DNA of 64,000 nucleotides from a bacterium. Its GTDB lineage: Bacteria; Patescibacteriota; Minisyncoccia; Phycocordibacterales; Zambryskibacteraceae. The notes below the pieces were generated by a model. The model had not been told where the DNA came from and ran no database searches. It saw only the letters and a program-made list of their open reading frames with translations. The position numbers and the translations under genes were made by a program. Location of the stretch: NCBI GenBank assembly GCA_030650605.1, contig JAUSDP010000020.1:13486-77485 (forward strand). The letters are read 5' to 3'. This document shows, piece by piece, positions 37,632-47,087 of this stretch; position 1 is the first letter of the stretch, and every line of letters starts with the position of its first letter.

Positions 37632-38846
37632 CTATCGAGCTAATTTTTTAGCAGCAGCTTTGGCTTCTTTTTCAAGTGCCTTTGCCGCCTTTTCTTCAGC
37701 TGCTTTCAGCGCTTTTTCTTCGGCTTTGCGCTCCTTATCAACCGCTTTGGCCGCTTTTTCTTCGTCAGTGGCAATCACTGGTGGCTTCATGATGGCGTCC
37801 AGACGCTCTCCACTCAATTCAGACGCAGCAATTTTCCACGCATTCAAATAGACAGCAATTGATGGATCAGCTTTGATCAACGAGTTATTGTTAAAAATCG
37901 TATCGGTCACATCAACATTGTCACCAGTATTAATCGCGATCGCCACATCATTGAGGCGAATACGGCCAAGTCCATTACGAGTTTGTCCACCGATGGACGT
38001 TTTTGCCAGTCCATCAAGACTTAACAAAAATAGACCAATTTGTGCATCGGTAACATCGGTCAATTCAACAGTAAAATCAAAATCAACGCCTGGATCTACA
38101 AATTCAAATGCACTCCACGCTTTAGTGCTGTTGCGACTTCCTTTTTCTTCTGCGTCCTTCGCTAGCTGATCCTCAATGATCAACCGCTGACGTGCATTAA
38201 ATTGAACTTCAAAGTCCGTTACAACACCTTCCATCCGATCTACATCAAGAAGTGCACTAACGTCATCGCCGCGTCGAAATGCCGCCCCGCGCGAAATATT
38301 CATGCCCGATGTTGCTTTCCCTACTCCCCGTGGGTGACCTACAGAAAAGCCAGATGATCGCAGACTATCCATGACGGGCACTGCATCAAGAACACGCATA
38401 CGACGACGCAACATACGCGGACCACCACCAAAAAGTCCAACATAAGGATGTGACGATACCTCCTTATATTCAGCAAACGTCAGATCGCGAGAATCGGGCT
38501 TTCCTGTCACAGCGCCGCAAGTAATTGCAGAGTACGTTTGCAAAGTGATCTTTTGATTCTTCTCACGAAGAACATTGACAAGAATTTGAGCACCCTGACG
38601 ACGCAAACGACCTGCAATATTATTCGCGGCAATGACAGCGACACCATAATCGAGTCCATCGACAGATCCAGGGGCAAAACGACGACGCTGAATACCGGCA
38701 CAGGCGATGCCTCCTTTGGTTCCGTTTTTAACAAGGCCATAGCCGGTTGAATCGCTTACTTCGTAGCGGAAGGTTTCTGGTGATGCGATGTGCAATGGAG
38801 ACAAAGTAGTCAAGATTGCGTGGATGGTGACTGATTTTTTGGACAT
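37632..38846 (-). CDS. csf2: type IV-A Csf2 (Cas7) with Lys/Ala/Glu-rich C-terminal tail
   Basis: LSPLHI, ANNIAGRLRR, HPYVGLFGGGPRM and IGGQTRNGLG motifs. Confidence 0.92.
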   Translation of the reverse strand: MSKKSVTIHAILTTLSPLHIASPETFRYEVSDSTGYGLVKNGTKGGIACAGIQRRRFAPGSVDGLDYGVAVIAANNIAGRLRRQGAQILVNVLREKNQKITLQTYSAITCGAVTGKPDSRDLTFAEYKEVSSHPYVGLFGGGPRMLRRRMRVLDAVPVMDSLRSSGFSVGHPRGVGKATSGMNISRGAAFRRGDDVSALLDVDRMEGVVTDFEVQFNARQRLIIEDQLAKDAEEKGSRNSTKAWSAFEFVDPGVDFDFTVELTDVTDAQIGLFLLSLDGLAKTSIGGQTRNGLGRIRLNDVAIAINTGDNVDVTDTIFNNNSLIKADPSIAVYLNAWKIAASELSGERLDAIMKPPVIATDEEKAAKAVDKERKAEEKALKAAEEKAAKALEKEAKAAAKKLAR

Positions 38847-38902
38847 GATATTAAGCTTTCTAGTTGAGTTAAATGAACAGCTAATAAATTACAAATACGG
38901 GA

Positions 38903-39670
38903 TTAATCACTGGTTTCTGCAGGTGTGAAATCATCGATACCGGCACCTGGGGTCAATAAGAATCGTAGTCCCCATGTTTCGCCTAGCGTCAAATTTCTCA
39001 AAAATTCAATTTCATTCTTAAATTGTTTCAATAGATCAGCATGTATTTCCGCTTTCGCTGGATCTGAAGGCATGTTGAGACGAAGCGTTCCATGTCCGAT
39101 TTCTTTCAAATCGGCAGACAAACGAAGAAATGGATGGACCAATGTTTTCGCCGTTGCTTCAAATCCAAACGCTTTACCAACCTGCTGACTGACCTCGACG
39201 GCCTGCATCAAAATGGCATGTCTGATTTTTACATCCCGCAGTCCAACCCGTACATAAAACAATTCGGGAGAGAAATTCACGGGCGCTCGCCATGCCATAT
39301 GTTGATTATTTGCCGTGGCATACACCGCCACAAAGGGTTCTTGCGGTGGATTAGTCAATGCGGAAGAAATTTCGAGCCACTTGCGAAATGGAATATAGGC
39401 AGACTTGGTAAATACGCCATATCCTGTTTCTTTCAATGCAGTTGCACTCATCAAAGTGGCGCAATATCCACACATCAAATCACTACCACGTGCAGCGAGA
39501 GACAAGTCATCCATGAAAGCTGCAGATACTGAGAACGGGCTAGACAGATCACCAACGGCAATATGCAATCCGCAAAAAGCACAGCAACCTTCTTTTTTGG
39601 AAGCAACCCCTTCAGGCGATTCACCTCGGGACTGCGTCACAATCACAGAGGAAGTTATAGTTAAGCTCAT
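38903..39670 (-). CDS. csf1: type IV-A Csf1 (Cas8-like large subunit)
   Basis: CAFCG...CGYC Zn finger, PPQEPF and NNQHMAWRAPVN motifs; start MSLTIT overlaps the csf5 stop. Confidence 0.9.
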   Translation of the reverse strand: MSLTITSSVIVTQSRGESPEGVASKKEGCCAFCGLHIAVGDLSSPFSVSAAFMDDLSLAARGSDLMCGYCATLMSATALKETGYGVFTKSAYIPFRKWLEISSALTNPPQEPFVAVYATANNQHMAWRAPVNFSPELFYVRVGLRDVKIRHAILMQAVEVSQQVGKAFGFEATAKTLVHPFLRLSADLKEIGHGTLRLNMPSDPAKAEIHADLLKQFKNEIEFLRNLTLGETWGLRFLLTPGAGIDDFTPAETSD

Positions 39671-40416
39671 CGTTCTATCCTCCGACGAATCAATCCATAT
39701 CCACGCGAACGCAGTTTTCCTGCCATCCAAGGACCATTTAGTGAAATGTTGGTACAAAAGGTAATATTCTTAAAAGCCGCTGCAGGAATCCCGGGCTTAA
39801 TCGGAATTGGTACTGACTCTCCTTCTAAAATATCCAAAATAAGACTGTCGTCAGATGGGATACCATGCTCTAGAAGATGTGGCGTACCAAGGTCTTCATC
39901 GAGCCACCGAGCCATAGAGATCAGACCGTTTAAAATTTCTTTTTTAATTTCAGGCGCTCGCTCTTGAGCCGTCACACCAAAAAAGTGAGAAAGCTTCGCC
40001 GGTTTTTTTGACACGATCAATTTACGGATGGAGTAAAGGATCGGTTCGCTCATTTGAAGCTCACAATCACCGTGTTTAAATTCCATACGGTATGGCCCAC
40101 CGAGATGTTTGGACAGTGCTGTCACGATCGACGCAGTATGTTCTGCCAATAAGTCCGTGCCAGATTTGCCAATACCATAGATGCGAATAAATCCGTTTCC
40201 ACCATCAAAAATAATGCTTGGAGGTAGACCGAAACCTTCTCCCTTGCGATCATCTCCATAACGACCCTGGAGTGTTTTACCATCTGGGCCGCGAGCGAAA
40301 ATAGCAGGATCAATTGATCGACCATCACAAGCCTTGGCCACTAACGATCGGGCATCTTCAGGATAGATCTGCTGCCCTTTTAGTACTTCAGGAAATAACA
40401 AAAGTTCTTTATACAT
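39667..40416 (-). CDS. csf5: type IV-A Csf5 (Cas6-like crRNA endonuclease)
   Basis: C-terminal G-loop GPWMAGKLRSRGYG; first gene of the csf operon. Confidence 0.85.
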   Translation of the reverse strand: MYKELLLFPEVLKGQQIYPEDARSLVAKACDGRSIDPAIFARGPDGKTLQGRYGDDRKGEGFGLPPSIIFDGGNGFIRIYGIGKSGTDLLAEHTASIVTALSKHLGGPYRMEFKHGDCELQMSEPILYSIRKLIVSKKPAKLSHFFGVTAQERAPEIKKEILNGLISMARWLDEDLGTPHLLEHGIPSDDSLILDILEGESVPIPIKPGIPAAAFKNITFCTNISLNGPWMAGKLRSRGYGLIRRRIER

Positions 40417-40559
40417 GTTGTGTGTCCAATTATTTGTTTAGTTGGTGTAACGAATATTACTCTACAAAAAAAATATAGCAAGTAGGAATTTAATTTTAAT
40501 AAGTAAATACACTTGATGAAATTTTCTTTATTTGGGCTATAATTTGCCCATATTAACCA

Positions 40560-42872
40560 ATGCCGAGGATTCTCATGAACGCAGCCGCACAGCGAAATGT
40601 ACAAGTGCCTTTGGTAGATCCCGTCAAAAACCACGTCGGGGCCTCGATCTCAGATGCTTATCGCAGTCTTATTCGTTTTGCCATTAATGCAAAACTACCT
40701 CCGAAAGCAGTAGAACTTGAAGGTATTCCTCGTGTAAGCGTGTTTTTCCCGCCTGCGTTATTCGCTCAAATCTCAGAAATCGCTGAACTTCATCAACTGT
40801 CATATCAATCTACAGTAGCTGGGCTGGCGATAGCCGGTGCAGAAAAAATAGCCGAAAAAAATGAATTGGTAGAACAATTCAAAAGTGATGTTCCATTTAG
40901 GGCGCGTCCGGAACAAGTTCTTTTCTACCAATCAATTATGGCCGGGCTGTCATCATCTAAAATCGTCGTTGCAGAAGCCTCTACTGGCGCAGGCAAGGGA
41001 CGTGCATTGATGGCTGCCGCTATCGCATCAGCTCAAAACGGAAAACTCCCTGTCATCGTCGCAGCACCAACAATCGTCGTCGTTAATCAACTATGGGCTG
41101 AACTGCAGGTACTTCGCACGCAAGACAATATGGGACCGCTTATTTCAGCAACGATCCTACCTGGCTCTGCAGATCTGGCAGATGACGTCAAACTTTTGGA
41201 GTGGGCAAACGATCCTGATTTTAATCAACTCGATCCTGCGGTGACAGAATGGATCCTTAAGGGTGGACCTCACAAAGCTAACGATGCGATGGCGCAAGTA
41301 GCCAAAGAACAAGGAATTACCCTTTGCTGGATGATGTCCGACTTGCAAGAGATTGCAACTAACTTCCCTTCTGATGACTATGTTTTAACGACGAATAGCG
41401 AAGACAAGACAACGCTCTCGCAATCGCGAGAATTGTTAGCCAAAATTCGTGAAGCCGCCAATCGGAAAGACGTCGATAAAAATATGAACACGGTTCACGC
41501 CGGTGCGGACATTATCCTTTGCACCCACGCCATGTTAGCGCTTGGACAAATGACAAAATGGGTTGTGCTCCCGCAACCAAAAGTGCTGATCGTCGACGAA
41601 GCCCATCTTCTAGAAGAAACAATTTCAAGAATGAATAGTCAGCAAATTTCACTATTTTCGATTAGTTATCGCCTAAGCCGTTTTTGCCGCGCAACAGGGG
41701 CAGGAAAAGGAACCGTAGCCAGGGACACTCAAGCAAAGGCCAAACAGTTCCTGCGTACTTGTATGGAAATGTCAAACAATGATATTCGTCAAAAACTCAA
41801 TGACGATCCGTCTAAATATGACACTGTTCAAAAGGGATTGGCCAGTCTCGCCAATATGGTTAAAAACAAGGTTTTTAAGTCGGATCCAACCATTCAAAAA
41901 GATATGTATTCTCTTTTGTCTGGCACAGCCAATATGATGGAGAAGGATCGGTCCAAAAACAGTACGCATCTTCAATTCTCTCCTGATAGGCGGTACCCAT
42001 TGATCAGTGTCGGAGCCGATACGATCGGAATGCAGGCTGGAGCCATTTGGAAGACCGTAGACGGTGGTGCCGTACTTGCGTCGGCTACCATGTACATCAC
42101 CGATGAATATGGCAACCAGAAGTGCGATTACGTGGTTCGAAATCTTTCAATCCCGCTCTCCAGGCTGGACACCCCTCTTCCTGTCGTGAGCAGCTATATT
42201 TACACCCTTCCAACACTATACTTACCAAAAAAAGAAAACTATGCGGCACTGTCTCGCCCAGCATTGAAAGAGAGGGAGGACCCTCAAGTGGAGAAAGAAT
42301 GGTTGAAAAATATTGCTGATGTTGTCGCCAAAAATGCTAAAACATGCAAAGGCGGAACGCTGGTACTCACAAATTCCTATGACCAGATTGACGAGATCTC
42401 CACGCAACTGAAAGAAAAATACCCTGAGATCGCGGCCAGAGTCATTGTCCAGGTACGCAAGGCAAAATTTTCAGCCGCAGTGAACGCATTCACTCTGGCG
42501 CATAGCAATGGCGTAAAGCCGATTTTGATTGGGCTTGGCCCGGCCTGGACAGGGCTCAATTTGTCGCAAGATGTATCCGATCCTAAAAAAGATACTCTGC
42601 TGATGGACCTTGTCATCGCCTGTAGCCCGATCGGACTGAACCAAACTGCGACAATGCTTCGCCGTATTGAGCAAACCAATACAAGTGCGATAGCGAAAGA
42701 AGGACTACTTATTTTAAAACAAGGGCTTGGGCGGTTGATTCGTCGCGATGGTGTTGAAGGACGTCGAATTTGGATCTTGGATGGCAGAATCTGGTCAGAT
42801 AATTGGCTGAAGCAATTTACGGGGCCGGCTAAACGTTTGTTGGGTAAATATAAAAATGTGGATTATTTTTAG
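40560..42872 (+). CDS. csf4: CasDinG (Csf4) helicase
   Basis: RPEQ Q-motif, EASTGAGKG, VDEAH, SAT, AWTGLNL and KQGLGRLIRR; extra N-terminal domain; divergent from the csf operon. Confidence 0.92.
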   Translation: MPRILMNAAAQRNVQVPLVDPVKNHVGASISDAYRSLIRFAINAKLPPKAVELEGIPRVSVFFPPALFAQISEIAELHQLSYQSTVAGLAIAGAEKIAEKNELVEQFKSDVPFRARPEQVLFYQSIMAGLSSSKIVVAEASTGAGKGRALMAAAIASAQNGKLPVIVAAPTIVVVNQLWAELQVLRTQDNMGPLISATILPGSADLADDVKLLEWANDPDFNQLDPAVTEWILKGGPHKANDAMAQVAKEQGITLCWMMSDLQEIATNFPSDDYVLTTNSEDKTTLSQSRELLAKIREAANRKDVDKNMNTVHAGADIILCTHAMLALGQMTKWVVLPQPKVLIVDEAHLLEETISRMNSQQISLFSISYRLSRFCRATGAGKGTVARDTQAKAKQFLRTCMEMSNNDIRQKLNDDPSKYDTVQKGLASLANMVKNKVFKSDPTIQKDMYSLLSGTANMMEKDRSKNSTHLQFSPDRRYPLISVGADTIGMQAGAIWKTVDGGAVLASATMYITDEYGNQKCDYVVRNLSIPLSRLDTPLPVVSSYIYTLPTLYLPKKENYAALSRPALKEREDPQVEKEWLKNIADVVAKNAKTCKGGTLVLTNSYDQIDEISTQLKEKYPEIAARVIVQVRKAKFSAAVNAFTLAHSNGVKPILIGLGPAWTGLNLSQDVSDPKKDTLLMDLVIACSPIGLNQTATMLRRIEQTNTSAIAKEGLLILKQGLGRLIRRDGVEGRRIWILDGRIWSDNWLKQFTGPAKRLLGKYKNVDYF

Positions 42873-43083
42873 AAAGCTCATTTACCCTCATTATTTTTTT
42901 AAAATTCAACCTTCGCTGAACCAGTTCCAATTAAGGCGGTCATGCAAACGTCTCTAGTTGCCACTGCTTAATGAGCAGTTGCAATTCCAGCGAAATTTTA
43001 AGCAATCCAGGCCGGCCCACTTCCTAGTATTGCTGCAATCCTGATCATTTCTTAAAAAAACTAGCGTTGGTGTGGAATATATA

Positions 43084-43138
43084 TATAATTGATTCATTAG
43101 TGAGGCATAAACAAATTTAATGCATCACAAATGAATCA
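43084..43138 (+). promoter_or_regulatory. -10 box plus imperfect 19-bp inverted repeat (operator)
   Basis: TATAAT at 43084; TGATTCATTAGTGAGGCAT...ATGCATCACAAATGAATCA. Confidence 0.55.
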
Positions 43139-43463
43139 GAAAGCTTCCATGAAAAACTCCTTCATACCCTCATTCCAGTGTGAATCTGCCCTTGAAGACA
43201 TGGGTAGTAAGTTGCGCATTGCGCGACTTCGCCGTAACGAGTCGGTGCAAATCGCCGCGCAACGTCTTGGCATCTCTCGCGCCAAGTATCAACGGCTTGA
43301 AAATGGCGACTCGAACGTATCCGCTGGCGCATTGATTGAAGCGCTCATCCTGTACGGCTTTGAATCGCAGGTATTTGCCCTGGCGGACCCAGATTTAGAT
43401 GAAACTGGAAAAAGGTTAGAAAAACAATTGCTCCCAAAACGAGGACGTACTCATGCAAAGTAA
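43131..43463 (+). CDS. XRE HTH protein (HipB-like antitoxin)
   Basis: MGSKLRIARLRRNESVQIAAQRLGISRAKYQRLENGD; overlaps hipA. Confidence 0.85.
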   Translation: MNQKASMKNSFIPSFQCESALEDMGSKLRIARLRRNESVQIAAQRLGISRAKYQRLENGDSNVSAGALIEALILYGFESQVFALADPDLDETGKRLEKQLLPKRGRTHAK

Positions 43464-44775
43464 ATCGAAATTAATAGAAACACCACTCTATGTTTACAAG
43501 ACGGGCGAGGATCTCCCTATATTAATTGGAGAACTTGGCTTTATTTCCGACACGCAGAATGAGTTCCTTGCACAATTTAATTACGATGCGTCGTACATAA
43601 TTCGACCTGATGCATTCGCAATCGATCCGTTGAATATGCCGTTGGCTGCACCAACCAAAGAATACAGCACCACAAATAGGTATCACGTTCTTGGAGCATT
43701 GTTTGACGCAGCTCCAGATGCTTGGGGCCGTAAGGTAATCAGTGCGAAAGTTGGCGTTTCCCAGGCATCAGAAAAAACCATTCTGTTAAAGGGAAACGGA
43801 ATGGGTGTCGGTGAGCTTTTCTTTTCAGCATCCCTGCTTGAAAGTAACCCCACTTTTCTTAAAATTCCAACTATTGACCAAATTGAGCAACTGGCCAGCC
43901 CGATCACGCAAGTAGATGAAGGGGCTAAATTTAATCCAGCTTGGGAAAATCTATTGATCAGTTCCTGGGACATTGGCGGGGCCAGGCCGAAGGCAATTGT
44001 TTTGGACGAATCGGGCGAGCACTGGATTGCAAAATTTCCTCGCAAGGGTGAAACATATGATCGCCAACGCGTCGAATGGGCGAACCTTGAAATGGCGGCC
44101 GACATTGGCATGGATGTACCGGAACGCAGGCTTATCGAGACGCAATATGGCGCCGTATTGCTGGTCAAACGATTTGATCGCAGCTTGGACAAGAAAAGCC
44201 ACTATCTGAGCGCAGCATCAGTCATCAGTCCGTCGCCGACAATTGATAAACGTCAAATCGATGCTCCAATCGGACAGGCAACGTTTTCCTATGCACGTAT
44301 CGCCGACACGATACAACGAATCTCAAATTATCCTAGTCGGGATCTGCAGGAACTTTATGCAAGAATGGTTTTCAATGTTCTTACCCACAATACGGACGAC
44401 CATCTAAAAAATACAGGCTTTCTAAGAGTAAAAGATGCACGGGATCCATATGCATATCGACTGTCGCCATTGTTCGATGTGGTGACCCAGGAGGGATCTC
44501 TAAAGCACATGCTACAGATCGGGAAAGCTGGGCGCGAGAGCACTATAGAAAATGCACTCTCCAACGTGCGTCGCATGAGAATAAAAGAGGACGCGGCGCA
44601 AAAAATCGTGCAAATAGCGCGATCTGTGTTTGATCGCCGAGCAGAATATTACGACAGAGCCGGATTGCAATCAGATGAAGTTGAGGCATTGGAAAGGTGT
44701 TTCACATGGCTGAGATCTGCTCGGGTTGCGGATGTTGAAATTGAAGACGAAGAGAGTGGATCGGCACCGCGATAG
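43453..44775 (+). CDS. hipA: HipA-family Ser/Thr kinase toxin
   Basis: DAAPDAWG, IGGARPKA, IAKFP, RFDR, NTDDHLKN and LSPLFD motifs. Confidence 0.92.
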   Translation: MQSKSKLIETPLYVYKTGEDLPILIGELGFISDTQNEFLAQFNYDASYIIRPDAFAIDPLNMPLAAPTKEYSTTNRYHVLGALFDAAPDAWGRKVISAKVGVSQASEKTILLKGNGMGVGELFFSASLLESNPTFLKIPTIDQIEQLASPITQVDEGAKFNPAWENLLISSWDIGGARPKAIVLDESGEHWIAKFPRKGETYDRQRVEWANLEMAADIGMDVPERRLIETQYGAVLLVKRFDRSLDKKSHYLSAASVISPSPTIDKRQIDAPIGQATFSYARIADTIQRISNYPSRDLQELYARMVFNVLTHNTDDHLKNTGFLRVKDARDPYAYRLSPLFDVVTQEGSLKHMLQIGKAGRESTIENALSNVRRMRIKEDAAQKIVQIARSVFDRRAEYYDRAGLQSDEVEALERCFTWLRSARVADVEIEDEESGSAPR

Positions 44776-44785
44776 TTTATCGTGC

Positions 44786-44835
44786 GTATTTTTCCTCTCA
44801 AAACAACATAAATTACAAATTGAGAGGAAAAATAC
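44786..44835. repeat. perfect 16-bp inverted repeat (terminator or operator)
   Basis: GTATTTTTCCTCTCAA-N18-TTGAGAGGAAAAATAC. Confidence 0.75.
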
Positions 44836-44854
44836 TGCTTTACTCCATCTAAAT

Positions 44855-45030
44855 ATTACATCTCAAATTTGAGAAATAATGTTTGCATTGTGGGCTCATT
44901 CTATCTATATTTATCAAATACGAGAAACGATGTAACGAAAAAGTCAAAAATAATCATTATTTCTCAAAAATTAGAAATAATTGTGAACATCGCTCATAAC
45001 TTATTAAAGATTTATCAGATTTAGACAATT
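44855..45030. promoter_or_regulatory. four palindromic operator repeats at 50-51-bp period upstream of hipBA
   Basis: Cores TCTCAAATTTGAGA (44861), TATCAAATACGAGA (44912), TCTCAAAAATTAGA (44962), TATCAGATTTAGAC (45013). Confidence 0.7.
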
Positions 45031-45336
45031 ATGGCTGGCAAATTCCCTAAAATTACCAATCCTCCATCACCTCAAATTTCCTCAGCGCAGGAATTAGGGC
45101 TATGGATACGCGCACGCCGCATTGCGGCCGGCATTCGTATTGATGATGCCGCCGCACTTTCTAACGTGTCGGTGCAATTGTTGTCGGATTTGGAAAATGG
45201 CAATCGCTCGGTCGGTATCGATAAAGTGTTTGCGGTAATCAATTGCTTAGGGCTGGACCTGATGGTAAAGCCACGCGGTGAAGATCTCGACGACAGAGAT
45301 GCAGAAACTGAGGCTGACAATGCTCCCAAAAACTAA
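45031..45336 (+). CDS. hipB: HipB-like HTH antitoxin
   Basis: ELGLWIRARR...DDAAALSNVSVQLLSDLENG...IDKVFAVINCLGL. Confidence 0.88.
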   Translation: MAGKFPKITNPPSPQISSAQELGLWIRARRIAAGIRIDDAAALSNVSVQLLSDLENGNRSVGIDKVFAVINCLGLDLMVKPRGEDLDDRDAETEADNAPKN

Positions 45337-46696
45337 CGAACTGATTATCTGGATCGAAAATATTCGGGTAGGTGCGCTTGAGGTCAATGAGCTGGGGCAA
45401 TTCCGACTGAATTATGAGTCCGCCTGGGTCGCATCCCCCACTGGCTATCCAATTTCACCAACACTTCCTCTTGCAGGCAGCGAGGATTCTGCCGAAATAC
45501 ACTCCGCAAAAGTACGTTTCTTCTTTTCGAATCTATTGCCAGAGGGAAAAAGCCTTGACGAAGCCGTCCTGGCGAATGGACTATCGAAGTCAAATGTCTT
45601 CGGCCTGCTTCACGCCTTGGGCAAAGAGAGTGCCGGCGCATTAATGCTCTTGCCTCCAAGTCAGCACCCAGAAACGCTTACTAGCGATAGTGATTTGCGC
45701 GAAATCACCAATGCTGAACTTTCCGAGCGAATTCGGGCGATGCCCAACGTCCCCTTTTCCGTTTGGGATGGCAAAGTGCGTATGTCCATCGCCGGATACC
45801 AAGCCAAACTGGCCGTCCACAAGACTCAAGATGGACGCCTGTGGTTAGCGAGCGGGAAGAGCGCTTCCACGCACATTTTAAAGCCTCAGGCGAGCGCATT
45901 GAATGAATGCCAAGTCGCCAATGAGTATTTCTGCATGCGCTTAGCCGCTATGTCAGGCATCGAGTCGGCCGAGGTTGATATTCTGCGCGTGCCAGAACCT
46001 ATCTTAGTGATCAAACGATTTGATCGCCAGCTGATCAGTGGCGTTGCACGCCGCTTGCATATCATTGATGCCTGCCAGGCGCTCAACAAGTCACCAGAAC
46101 AAAAATATGAACGCAATTTCGGAGCCGGCGAACACGTAAAACACATCCGGGATGGCGTCTCGATTAAAAACTTGTTCTCGATCACCGACTTAGCAACCAA
46201 TAAGGCCGATATGACCTTGCGCCAGTTGCGCTGGCTTATTTTTCAGCACTTGATCGGCAACTCGGATGCACACGGAAAAAACATGTCGTTTTACGTGGCG
46301 CGTGATGGGCTGAAAATGGCTCCAGCCTACGATCAACTCAGTGTAACTATCTACCCGACAATCAATCATGAATTTGCCATGGCAATTGGTGATGAGTTCC
46401 TGGAAGAGGCAATTCGGGCTTACCAGTGGGCCGACTTCGCCATTCAAGTCGGACTCAACCCTGGCTTGGTCGCACGCACGATTAAACATGTCGCTAACAA
46501 AGCAAATCGTGCGCTGCCAACTCTCTTGGCAGATCCGATATTGACTGATGTTGAGAAGAACTTTCTCAACAGGTTGGCGAATCAAATCCAGGTGCGAGTT
46601 GAAAAGTTTTTGGAAATTGCAAAAATTCTTCCTGGCGTTGCTCGCGATATCGCTGATGAAGACGTTGCTGTAACTCTTACTGATATTTGCAAATAA
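45278..46696 (+). CDS. hipA: HipA-family Ser/Thr kinase toxin
   Basis: NLLPEG, SIAGYQAKL, STHILKP, NE, RFDR, GNSDAHGKN and APAYD motifs; start probably MLPKT at 45320. Confidence 0.93.
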   Translation: MKISTTEMQKLRLTMLPKTNELIIWIENIRVGALEVNELGQFRLNYESAWVASPTGYPISPTLPLAGSEDSAEIHSAKVRFFFSNLLPEGKSLDEAVLANGLSKSNVFGLLHALGKESAGALMLLPPSQHPETLTSDSDLREITNAELSERIRAMPNVPFSVWDGKVRMSIAGYQAKLAVHKTQDGRLWLASGKSASTHILKPQASALNECQVANEYFCMRLAAMSGIESAEVDILRVPEPILVIKRFDRQLISGVARRLHIIDACQALNKSPEQKYERNFGAGEHVKHIRDGVSIKNLFSITDLATNKADMTLRQLRWLIFQHLIGNSDAHGKNMSFYVARDGLKMAPAYDQLSVTIYPTINHEFAMAIGDEFLEEAIRAYQWADFAIQVGLNPGLVARTIKHVANKANRALPTLLADPILTDVEKNFLNRLANQIQVRVEKFLEIAKILPGVARDIADEDVAVTLTDICK

Positions 46697-46754
46697 AAAA
46701 ATGAATTCAAAATTTTGAATCCTTCAATCGCAAACGTTTCTGAACATTGAAATA

Positions 46755-47033
46755 TCAACGTGGCAATTGAATCGGAATGCCATATCCCATCTTAAATCGA
46801 TCTCGAATCGTTGGTTCACGTTTCAGTATAGATCGCCATTCAGCATCATCCTCAATCAGCCAGAAATACCGTTGAGCGGAAACGAAGTCACACCCAGTTT
46901 GCTCATGAAAATGAATCGCTGCGTCTTCACATCCCCACCGCGTGTCGTGGTACAACGGATCAAAATATTTCCGTTCAAGATAGCGTCTCAAATTACGCAA
47001 GAGTAGTCTTACTGACTTATGATTTCTCATCAC
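46755..47033 (-). CDS. hypothetical protein
   Basis: 92-aa ORF. Confidence 0.5.
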   Translation of the reverse strand: MMRNHKSVRLLLRNLRRYLERKYFDPLYHDTRWGCEDAAIHFHEQTGCDFVSAQRYFWLIEDDAEWRSILKREPTIRDRFKMGYGIPIQLPR

Positions 47034-47087
47034 TCAAATACCTTCTAATAACCGTCACTCACGAAAATTATCAAAGCTGCGATTCAC

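Noticed and set aside
38903-39757. Extended csf1 start at 39757
   Set aside because: Would overlap csf5 by 91 bp; the ATG at 39670 has a GGAGGA RBS and an ATGA overlap
40560-42872. HNH-fused or FeS-containing CasDinG variant
   Set aside because: The protein ends shortly after helicase motif VI; no HNH motif or 4-Cys cluster seen
44855-45030. Second CRISPR array
   Set aside because: AT-rich degenerate palindromes unrelated to the CRISPR repeat, short spacers, and a position typical of HipB operators
46481-46490. ATTAAACATG match to the start of spacer 4 inside hipA
   Set aside because: Only 10 nt; expected by chance in 64 kb
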